Shown here: positions 56,046 to 64,000 of the stretch, in pieces | Position numbering within the stretch: position 1 is the stretch's first letter | Layout: every line of letters starts with the position of its first letter | IMG/VR virus record: IMGVR_UViG_3300017769_000001 | Location: 64,001 to 128,000 of that record | Reading direction: 5' to 3' (one strand) | Length of the DNA stretch: 64,000 bases | Origin: a virus | Made by a program: the position numbers and the translations under genes | The notes under the pieces: generated by a model | The model's input: the letters and a program-made list of their open reading frames with translations, nothing else | What the model was told of the DNA's origin: nothing | The model's database searches: none

Positions 56046-58181
56046 ATGAGCGTTTCAGACAACATTGATTACATTCAGAACGGCGAAAACATTGATGAGG
56101 TTGTTCTGAATCGTCCTTCACAGCAACTAGCGGAGGCACTTGACAGTCTTTCTCTGGCAGATGCCATCAAGAAAGAATCCACTATGATGTTGGACTTCGC
56201 AAACAATGAATATCGTTTGTACGAAGGTGATGATGGGCAGACGTGGCTACCGTTTGAAGAAGTCATGGAAGTTAACCGTGCTTCAGTGGCAACTTATATC
56301 GATGGTACTGGGAGACTACGGTATGCAGGCATCAATGAGAAACGCATTGCTTATGACGGTAAAGATCCGGTTGGCATTCTTGCTGAAGAGCAGCGTACGA
56401 ATTATCTGAGAAACTCCGAAAACTTTCTCGCCAATTGGGGTGCTGGACGCGCATCAATTGAACCATACGCAGCTATCGCGCCAGATGGTCGAAAAACTGC
56501 TGCAAAAATTACCGCAACCGAAAATAACGCATCTGGTTACTATATCTACCAATCTGTGTCATCTCCAAGCCCCGGATCCGACTTCTGTTTTTCTTTCTTT
56601 GTTAAGCCGCAACCGTCTTCAAATTATTGCTTGGCGATTGTTTATGATGGTGGTTCAAATGGTTGCCGTCAGTGGTTTGATCTTGAAAATGGAGTTCCAG
56701 CCACCACAAACGTTTTTGGTGCAGGGTTTTCTGTTATTTCTTCAGACGTTGAATCACTTGATGACGGGTGGTATCGATGCAGTATGGTTGTTACTACAAG
56801 CGGCAGTACAATTCGCCCCCAAATATATCCAACTTCTGGTACATCTCAAGGGCAATATAACGCAGTTGCTGGGGATTATGGTTATGTATGGGGTGCTCAG
56901 TTGGAAGCCGGATCCATCCCAACCAGCTACATCCCATCAACTGATACATTCACCAGCAGGGCATCAGCAGCGACGTATTTTGATTCTGAAGGCATTCTTC
57001 GTACTGCTGGGTACAATGTCGCTCGTGATAATGCTTACGGATTTGATAACCGTGGTCGTATTGTTCCTATTGGACTATTGCTGGAGCCACAAAGAGCTAA
57101 CTTGTTTACGTGGAGTGAAGATGCCACCACCGGCACTGGTACTGTAACCACAATCAATACAAACTCTGCAATAGCTCCAGACGGAACCATGACTGCTGAC
57201 GATATCGTCGACAATTCGACTGGAGAATCTCTATACTGGCAGAAAACACGGTTCGGTGCTACGGCTACAGAATATGCTGCTGGTTCTTATTCTGGATCTC
57301 TTTTCCTCAAAAAGAAAGATGAGAGATATGTTCGGGTAAACTTCCAGATTTATGGGACATCAACTTTCGCCGCAAACCTTGATATTGACTTCGACGAAAA
57401 AACAGTAACTCCAATCGCCGATGCCAAGATCGACTACGAATGGCTTCCGGGTGATTGGGTTCGGGTGTCATTGTTAGTAACAACTACGACAACAAACCAA
57501 TATTGTCGTTTGCTTGTATACCCGGCAATGTCATCTGGAGGATATAACGCGGCTCTGACAGGAGGGGTTTATGTCTGGGGTGCACAGTTTGAAGCTGGAG
57601 AATATGCAACTTCTTACATTCCAACCGAAGATGCCGAGACTACTCGGTCTGCCGACATCGCGAACTCGGCACAGAGCACTCGTATTGTTGATGATGTGAA
57701 GCGTAAACTGACTTCCGAATTTTCTGATAGTTCTGATGCTACCATTATTCTGGAGTTCAAATATTACGGAGTTGATGCTGGTTCATCAGCTTATGGTATT
57801 TTCACTATCGGCGGCGAAGACCCATCTGTAGCCGATGACAGATTCTTCGAAGTTATTGTTGCCGGTAATACGAAACTTCTGAGAATTCAAATGCCCGGTG
57901 CAACACCAGCTTCATACGACATCAGAAATATTCTGTTTGGAGAAACGGTTCGTCTTGCGGTTACTTGGAATTCTCAGGGGTCTGCTGTTTCTATAAACGG
58001 CGAACCAGTGATTACATCAACCGCAACTCCACAATCAATTCAGAAATCGAAATACACTTACATGCGGTTTACTGATCTGATCGGAGAGGCGATTCGTCGT
58101 ACAAACATCGGAATGAAGACTGTGATGTACACTCCAAAGTATACGGATCCTTCAAAACTGAGTGGACTATCGGCGGTGTAA
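56046..58181 (+). CDS. tail fibre / spike protein with duplicated beta-sandwich module
   Basis: N-terminal NGE...NRP; two ..N....SE...WGAQ.EAG...TSYIP units. Confidence 0.75.
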   Translation: MSVSDNIDYIQNGENIDEVVLNRPSQQLAEALDSLSLADAIKKESTMMLDFANNEYRLYEGDDGQTWLPFEEVMEVNRASVATYIDGTGRLRYAGINEKRIAYDGKDPVGILAEEQRTNYLRNSENFLANWGAGRASIEPYAAIAPDGRKTAAKITATENNASGYYIYQSVSSPSPGSDFCFSFFVKPQPSSNYCLAIVYDGGSNGCRQWFDLENGVPATTNVFGAGFSVISSDVESLDDGWYRCSMVVTTSGSTIRPQIYPTSGTSQGQYNAVAGDYGYVWGAQLEAGSIPTSYIPSTDTFTSRASAATYFDSEGILRTAGYNVARDNAYGFDNRGRIVPIGLLLEPQRANLFTWSEDATTGTGTVTTINTNSAIAPDGTMTADDIVDNSTGESLYWQKTRFGATATEYAAGSYSGSLFLKKKDERYVRVNFQIYGTSTFAANLDIDFDEKTVTPIADAKIDYEWLPGDWVRVSLLVTTTTTNQYCRLLVYPAMSSGGYNAALTGGVYVWGAQFEAGEYATSYIPTEDAETTRSADIANSAQSTRIVDDVKRKLTSEFSDSSDATIILEFKYYGVDAGSSAYGIFTIGGEDPSVADDRFFEVIVAGNTKLLRIQMPGATPASYDIRNILFGETVRLAVTWNSQGSAVSINGEPVITSTATPQSIQKSKYTYMRFTDLIGEAIRRTNIGMKTVMYTPKYTDPSKLSGLSAV

Positions 58182-58184
58182 TCT

Positions 58185-58322
58185 ATGAAATACGTAGCAG
58201 CAGAAATCTCAAAAAAGAGTAAGGCAACGGTTCAGGATATCATTGATAAGGTTCCTGACAAATATGTTGATGCTAAAACGCTTTACGAATATCTCGAACT
58301 GAAGCGTACAGGGCAAATCTAA
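58185..58322 (+). CDS. 45-aa stand-alone copy of the N-terminal module of the next two genes (not in ORF track)
   Basis: MKYVAAEISKKSKATVQDIIDKVPDKYVDAKTLYEYL aligns with the 58358 and 59690 N-termini. Confidence 0.7.
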   Translation: MKYVAAEISKKSKATVQDIIDKVPDKYVDAKTLYEYLELKRTGQI

Positions 58323-58357
58323 ATAGCTGAGAATCAAAAAAAGGCACCAGTAGCATT

Positions 58358-59653
58358 ATGGCAAAGTATATCGTTCACAAGTTATCGAAGAATATCAAGG
58401 CAACAACTCAGGACATCGAAAATGGTGTTTCTGGTAAGTTTGCTGATGCTTCTGTTATTGGTGCCTATTTTGAAAATGTTTCAACAGCTGCTCTCGAAGG
58501 CATTGGCGATATTGTCATGCTACGAACAAATCAGAATGCAACGGGTTATCTGAAATGCGATGGTTCCTTATTTCTTGACTCCGAGTACCCGGAACTTGCA
58601 GATCTCTTGAAGAGTAGAGTTGAACAAGGCGTCCACAATCCTTTCACAAGCCAATTGGTATCTGTATCGAATGCAACTGCATCCGACGCTGGAAAGCATA
58701 TTGCAATATCCCGAAACGACGAGTTTGTCGCAGTGACCAACGCGTTTGGCGGCGACCTTCTAGTTTATCAGACATCGGATTGGACATTGTTAAGTTCTAC
58801 GTTAGAGCCTGTTAATGCTGCTGTCAACGCCGTCGAGTTTTCTCCCACGCAGGATATCATGGTGTCAACCAGAAATGGACAGGACGTCACAACTTCAGGA
58901 TTCGCTGTTTACGACACAAACACATGGGCGAGAACCGTCTATAACTTCCCATCGGGATACGAAACAGCTGTTCCTATATATTCGTCGTTCAGTGGCGATG
59001 GTCGCTATCTTGCAATCACCATGGCACTTAACGATACCCTGATCTATGAGACTGAAAATTGGACGTTGGTTCACACATTAACGTCTGGCATCGTATCCCA
59101 GAGAGAATGTTCATACTCTCCAAATGGAATTTATCTGGCAGTCTGCGGCACTAACCCTAACTCCGTAGAAATATACGAAACCTCAGAGTGGACTTTGGTG
59201 GCTTCCGAGACTTACGCCAACGCGGTCGATGCTATTTCATTCTCTCCTGACGGAAGGGAGATCTTCGTATGCTATGGTAACTTACTACAACAATACAGGA
59301 TGGATGAGGGGGCATTTATTCCAGCAAGAATTTACACGGGGAATTACCCAAATTCCGTATCATACGCTCCGGATTCTTCGTATGTATTCACGTCATCAAC
59401 CACAGCACCTTATCTCAATGTGCTGTCGAATCAGGAATACTCCAATTCACTGCCGCAACCGCCAGCCGCTGCTCGTTATGTGAGGGTGTCTCCGAAAGGA
59501 AAGTACGTTGCTTATATCGAGAGTAATTACGGATTGCGAGTTCGTATGATTCAAGAAGACGTTCCTGCTGGTTATACCCGACTGCCAGACTTCCCGATAC
59601 AGAAGCAAGGAACAATAACATTACATCCGATGATCAAAGCCTCCCTGCAATAG
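58358..59653 (+). CDS. tail-collar + WD40-like beta-propeller protein 1
   Basis: IGD...CDG...YPELA collar motif; FSP.G repeats. Confidence 0.8.
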   Translation: MAKYIVHKLSKNIKATTQDIENGVSGKFADASVIGAYFENVSTAALEGIGDIVMLRTNQNATGYLKCDGSLFLDSEYPELADLLKSRVEQGVHNPFTSQLVSVSNATASDAGKHIAISRNDEFVAVTNAFGGDLLVYQTSDWTLLSSTLEPVNAAVNAVEFSPTQDIMVSTRNGQDVTTSGFAVYDTNTWARTVYNFPSGYETAVPIYSSFSGDGRYLAITMALNDTLIYETENWTLVHTLTSGIVSQRECSYSPNGIYLAVCGTNPNSVEIYETSEWTLVASETYANAVDAISFSPDGREIFVCYGNLLQQYRMDEGAFIPARIYTGNYPNSVSYAPDSSYVFTSSTTAPYLNVLSNQEYSNSLPQPPAAARYVRVSPKGKYVAYIESNYGLRVRMIQEDVPAGYTRLPDFPIQKQGTITLHPMIKASLQ

Positions 59654-59689
59654 GAGTAAATAGTTTCGTCACGATAAAGTAATGGTGTT

Positions 59690-61027
59690 ATGACGAAATA
59701 TATTGGTTCTGATTTAACCGAAAAAATCAAAGCAACAACAGAAGACGTTCAAAACGCCGTTGAGGATAAATACCCGGACGCTTCTGTTGTTCTTGATTAT
59801 TTCAACAGCGTTCCGAAGAGTCGCCCTGAACAGGTGGGCGATATATTCCTGAATCGGCTTGATAAGTCGACTCCGGGCATGATGCCTTGCGATGGCCGAC
59901 TGCTTCAGAAAAGTCAATACCCGGAACTTGCAGAAATTCTCAAGGACAAGACTCAGACATCATTCCAGTTCAATAACCTAGATGCAATCGCAGGATCATC
60001 CTCTGTGAACGCAGAGGTTCTTTCTATCTCCGAGCGCAGCAACGGTGAATTGGTTGTCTTGTACTCAGCATCTCCGTATATCCGAGTCTTTACTGGTTTT
60101 AACGGGACTGATCTGAACGTTCCTTCACTTCCGGGTATCGGCAGAGGTGGTGCATTCTCTCCAGACGAGAGTATCTTCATTGCTGTTCATAGCGGGTCTC
60201 CTTTCATGACTGTTTATGAAACAGAGAACTGGACAAAGCTAACAGGAACTCCGACACTCCCGCTAACCGGGTACAACGTTTCATTCAATCCAGACGGGAG
60301 TAAGGTCGCAATCGGACATGCCGGTTCCGCTCGAAGAATGTCCGTTTACCTGACAGACAGCTGGACTCTTGATCCGGATGCTCCCATTGTAACCGCTGGT
60401 ACGACTGGGTGGTGTGCCGAATTCTCACCAAATGGTAAGTATCTGGTGGTTGGTTTTGCTGGATCCCCATATTCAGCACTTTATGACGCAGAGACTTGGG
60501 AATTGAAGAGCGAATACACACCGCCTAACGTTGGGTTCGCCGTTTACACTGCAAAATTCAGTAATGATTCTAATGTCCTTTACCTTGGATCCAATTCCGG
60601 AACGAGAGAAGTATTGACAAGACATCTTAAAAATGGTGACCGTCAGGTGACTGGATCTTCGGACGAAGTTTACAGTATTTCTATACACCCGAACGGAGAG
60701 GGGTTTTCATATGGTACTAACTCGGCTCCTTTTACGGCGACCAGATTGTCGTACATGAAAGTTTACGAATTATCGTCGTTGACCCAATCATTTGATGGCC
60801 CAGCACTACCAGACTCGGCTAACATCAACTGGGTTAAGGCAGTAACTGTAAGTAAGGACGGAAATTACCTTTATTACGGACTGTCGAATACTGCTACTGG
60901 GCCTTTCTTCGGAAGGATTACGCTTTACACACCACCTCCGATTGGCACATTCGCGTTGCCGAGGCTACCGGCGGTTCGGTATGGCGACATTTTAGTACAG
61001 CCTATGATCAGAGTGGAGCCTATTTAA
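59690..61027 (+). CDS. tail-collar + beta-propeller protein 2
   Basis: same architecture. Confidence 0.8.
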   Translation: MTKYIGSDLTEKIKATTEDVQNAVEDKYPDASVVLDYFNSVPKSRPEQVGDIFLNRLDKSTPGMMPCDGRLLQKSQYPELAEILKDKTQTSFQFNNLDAIAGSSSVNAEVLSISERSNGELVVLYSASPYIRVFTGFNGTDLNVPSLPGIGRGGAFSPDESIFIAVHSGSPFMTVYETENWTKLTGTPTLPLTGYNVSFNPDGSKVAIGHAGSARRMSVYLTDSWTLDPDAPIVTAGTTGWCAEFSPNGKYLVVGFAGSPYSALYDAETWELKSEYTPPNVGFAVYTAKFSNDSNVLYLGSNSGTREVLTRHLKNGDRQVTGSSDEVYSISIHPNGEGFSYGTNSAPFTATRLSYMKVYELSSLTQSFDGPALPDSANINWVKAVTVSKDGNYLYYGLSNTATGPFFGRITLYTPPPIGTFALPRLPAVRYGDILVQPMIRVEPI

Positions 61028-62229
61028 TGATTGGCGATATTGTATATAATAGTTTAAACACAAAGAACCGTCTGAAGTGTGATGGTTCTTTACATCGGAT
61101 TTCGGACTACCCGGAACTGGCGTCTTATTTGAGCGACGTAAAGTCATCTTCAATTGATGTGAGTTTTAATGACACCCCGTCTTCTCTATCGCCGAATATC
61201 GGGGTTCCATGGTGTATTGAATTCTCTCCAGATGGAAGTCTTATGGCTGTCGGGGGTGATGCGAACTCAAACTTGAAGATTTATGACACGGCGACTTGGT
61301 CAGTTGTCTCCGGAACTCCAACGCTGGCAAGTGAAGTCCGTGATATTTCTTTCTCCCCCGATGGGAAATATATGGCCGTTGCCATGTATTACTCGCCGTT
61401 CCTTTTCGTGTGCGACACTGAAACTTGGACGGAGATTGACGTAAAGGAGCTATCAAATCAACCAGCATACGTTAGGGGCGAAGGGGTGAACTTCTCTCCG
61501 GATGGCAAATGGTTGATTTACATAGATATAGATTACGTCTTTCAAATCAGAACAGATACATGGACGCATCATGGACTGCTTTCATTGGGGGCAGCTGGTG
61601 ATACATATCGAGGCGCGTTTAGTAATGATGGAAAGAAGTTCGCCGTGTGCGGTAGAAGTACCGCATTGGATCAAGCAGTAATTCACATGTACGACTACAT
61701 TGAAGATGGCGGTTATTTGGAATTCACCCATATGAAAACAAGTTCTACTACCATTCCATTTTGGGGTGACGTCTGCTTTGCGAATGATGACCTTCGCGTC
61801 ATGGCAGTTTACGACAAGTACATCGGTTTTTATGAAACCACGAAACTCACTTACGCTGATGTTGTCGAGGCATTAGGTGCCGTTACATTTGCCAGATTGG
61901 CTCCATTGAATGAAACGATGGTTGCTGTTTCTGCTGCTGTTGATGCGACCGATGATAACTCTGCGGTCATAGCATCAACGATTTCATATTTTGGTGATTC
62001 GTTAGGTCTATCAGAATCCCAGATATCGAACTCTGGGTCTGTAAGAACAATCGCAATCGCATCACCACCGGATAGGAGTATTCTCGTTTATGGTCTGGGT
62101 AATAATTTAGCCGTACGGACGATGAAAAAAGATCCACCTGCTGGATACTTCCATACACCGACGATAGAATCAAGACAACCGGGCAACGTCTTTAACTACC
62201 CGGTACTAATACAGGCTAAGGAGGATTGA
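61027..62229 (+). CDS. tail-collar + beta-propeller protein 3
   Basis: starts at MIGD; FSPDG repeats. Confidence 0.8.
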   Translation: MIGDIVYNSLNTKNRLKCDGSLHRISDYPELASYLSDVKSSSIDVSFNDTPSSLSPNIGVPWCIEFSPDGSLMAVGGDANSNLKIYDTATWSVVSGTPTLASEVRDISFSPDGKYMAVAMYYSPFLFVCDTETWTEIDVKELSNQPAYVRGEGVNFSPDGKWLIYIDIDYVFQIRTDTWTHHGLLSLGAAGDTYRGAFSNDGKKFAVCGRSTALDQAVIHMYDYIEDGGYLEFTHMKTSSTTIPFWGDVCFANDDLRVMAVYDKYIGFYETTKLTYADVVEALGAVTFARLAPLNETMVAVSAAVDATDDNSAVIASTISYFGDSLGLSESQISNSGSVRTIAIASPPDRSILVYGLGNNLAVRTMKKDPPAGYFHTPTIESRQPGNVFNYPVLIQAKED

Positions 62230-62230
62230 A

Positions 62231-63394
62231 ATGATCGGAGATCTGTATTTCGACAGTCTTAATACACAGGGTAAATTGCCTTGTGATGGAGCTATGTATC
62301 CGGTTAGTGACTATCCTGAGTTGGCCGAAGTTTGTAAGAAACTCCATCAGGATAGGATTGAAATCAATCAAACTCCGTTTTATTCCTATACTGCGAACAT
62401 GCCAGCGGAAGAGTATTTGAAAATACATCCAAGTGGAGAGTACCTTGTCCACAACATAAATGTGTCGCCATACTTGGTGAGGGTAAATCTAACTACAGCT
62501 GCTACCAGCACCCCAGTGTCACTACCAACAGTGCCAATTTGGTTTGACTTCTCTCCTGACGGAGGATTTCTTGCTGTCGGGTATAACGGGTCGCCTTTTA
62601 TGGAGATTTATAGAACATCCGACTGGAGTAAATTGGATTTTTCTCCTGTTGGGGCGAGTATGAATTTCTCGTCTCGTCAGGGTAAGTTTTCTCCCGATGG
62701 GACGCGACTTGCACTGTGTAATTATGACGATAATGCCTTTGTAGTCGTAAACATGCGAAACATGAATGCCCGTAGGGTTTCCACCACAGACCCGTTGGAC
62801 TTTACAGAAGCACTGGATTTTTCTCCGGATGGTAGATATATAGCGGTTGCTTACGACCTGAGTCCGAACCTGAAAATATTCGATGTAGAAACTCTACAAG
62901 AAGTCACCGGGCTATCGGTGAATGCTATAACGGATGTTAAGTTTTCTCCGGATGGGCGTCATCTGGCAGTAGCACATAACGGAGGAGGAGGAGGATCCTA
63001 TTTCTCCATAATCAGTACAGCTAATTGGGGCGAATTAGCCATAGGGGATGTGCTCAGTCCGACGGCTGCCGTTGAATGGACAGTTGACGGGAATCATATT
63101 GTTCTAGGAACGCAGTCAGCAACTCCATATCGATTGTTTGATGTTTATCAGTGGGAGTATAACGACATTGCGACTATAGGCGAAATGTTCCCTGCGTATG
63201 ACGGGCCTGCTCAAAGTGGGTTGCAAATATCTCCAGACGGCTCTTTACTTGCGTTTAACGTATTCGGAGACGGATTTAAAGTTCATGAAATCAAGAAGAA
63301 AGCACCTGCTGGGTATTTCTACGTTCCGAATATCCCGCACCAACAGTCTTCAAATATTTCGAAATACCCAGTACTAATACAGGCAGAAGAGTAA
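62231..63394 (+). CDS. tail-collar + beta-propeller protein 4
   Basis: starts at MIGD; FSPDG repeats. Confidence 0.8.
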   Translation: MIGDLYFDSLNTQGKLPCDGAMYPVSDYPELAEVCKKLHQDRIEINQTPFYSYTANMPAEEYLKIHPSGEYLVHNINVSPYLVRVNLTTAATSTPVSLPTVPIWFDFSPDGGFLAVGYNGSPFMEIYRTSDWSKLDFSPVGASMNFSSRQGKFSPDGTRLALCNYDDNAFVVVNMRNMNARRVSTTDPLDFTEALDFSPDGRYIAVAYDLSPNLKIFDVETLQEVTGLSVNAITDVKFSPDGRHLAVAHNGGGGGSYFSIISTANWGELAIGDVLSPTAAVEWTVDGNHIVLGTQSATPYRLFDVYQWEYNDIATIGEMFPAYDGPAQSGLQISPDGSLLAFNVFGDGFKVHEIKKKAPAGYFYVPNIPHQQSSNISKYPVLIQAEE

Positions 63395-63855
63395 TGATTA
63401 AAGTTCACTTGTACAAAACCAAAGGAAGAATCATCCCACAGATAATTCGTTTCATGACGTTCTCACGTTGGAACCACGTCGGCATCACAGTTGATGGTGT
63501 TTATTACGAGTCCGAATACGGTCGTGGTGTTACAGTAGACAGGAATAAGCATGAAGCCTTCTACGAGGACGAATACGTGATTTATTTGAACGTGGGAGCC
63601 CATCAGCTGGAGGCAGTCAAAAGGTTCCTCAGAGACCAAGTAGGGAAGCCATACGATATCTTTGCGATATTCGCACTACCATTCAGATCACGTTGGCAGA
63701 GTCCGGGCAAATGGTTCTGCTCGGAACTGGTTGCTGCTGCTTTGAAAGAGGGGGATATCGCACACTTCCCATATGAAGCAAGCAGAATAACCCCGAGAGA
63801 CCTTTACATCGGTCTAAATAACAACAAATTCAAGAAAGCAGAATTTCCACTATAG
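63394..63855 (+). CDS. permuted papain-like NlpC/P60 (YaeF/YiiX-type) protein
   Basis: WNHVGI (His) before GKPYD and WFCSELV (Cys). Confidence 0.85.
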   Translation: MIKVHLYKTKGRIIPQIIRFMTFSRWNHVGITVDGVYYESEYGRGVTVDRNKHEAFYEDEYVIYLNVGAHQLEAVKRFLRDQVGKPYDIFAIFALPFRSRWQSPGKWFCSELVAAALKEGDIAHFPYEASRITPRDLYIGLNNNKFKKAEFPL

Positions 63856-63865
63856 GAGAGTGTTA

Positions 63866-64000
63866 ATGAATCACGATGTGATTGGAACAATTTATGAAAC
63901 TCAGCCGGTTTATGACGAAGAAGGAAATGTAGTGACAGAGGGCGTGCTCGCCGAAGGCTTCCATGTGAACTTCCCGAGCCCTGTACCAGAGTTTGAGGAA
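63866..64000 (+). CDS. tail-region protein, truncated by window end
   Basis: AGGAG RBS, MNHDVIGTIY...GFHVNF open to the edge. Confidence 0.65.
   Translation, partial: MNHDVIGTIYETQPVYDEEGNVVTEGVLAEGFHVNFPSPVPEFEE

Noticed and set aside
58358-63394. Diversity-generating retroelement or invertible fibre cassette
   Set aside because: No reverse transcriptase, invertase, TR/VR pair or inverted cassette seen in the window

Overview
64 kb of a lytic T4-superfamily myovirus genome. Sigma70-type promoters, rrn-like boxA sites and DnaA/IHF-like motifs suggest a gammaproteobacterial host (inference). 1-17,030 is a leftward early/accessory region: phosphatases, a PagP-like barrel, a MoxR-AAA + vWA/peptidase pair, rIIA/rIIB, a methyltransferase, and many small genes behind repeated promoter-RBS cassettes. 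17,040-18,600 is a 1.5 kb non-coding control region. It holds a ~620-nt pseudoknotted RNA-like leader, five tandem leftward sigma70 promoters (two followed by hairpin+boxA), inverted IHF-consensus sites, an AT-rich tract, DnaA boxes and a 12-bp tandem repeat. 18,600-35,800 is mostly minus strand: head genes (gp68, 23, 22, 21, 67-like, 20, 2) mixed with DNA metabolism (dda, rnh, Prim-Pol, RuvC-like, gp46/47) and late sigma gp55. 36,200-64,000 is a plus-strand tail/baseplate cluster with an inverted terminase, a fibre gene and four paralogous tail-collar/beta-propeller proteins. All calls come from motif recognition by eye; no searches were run.
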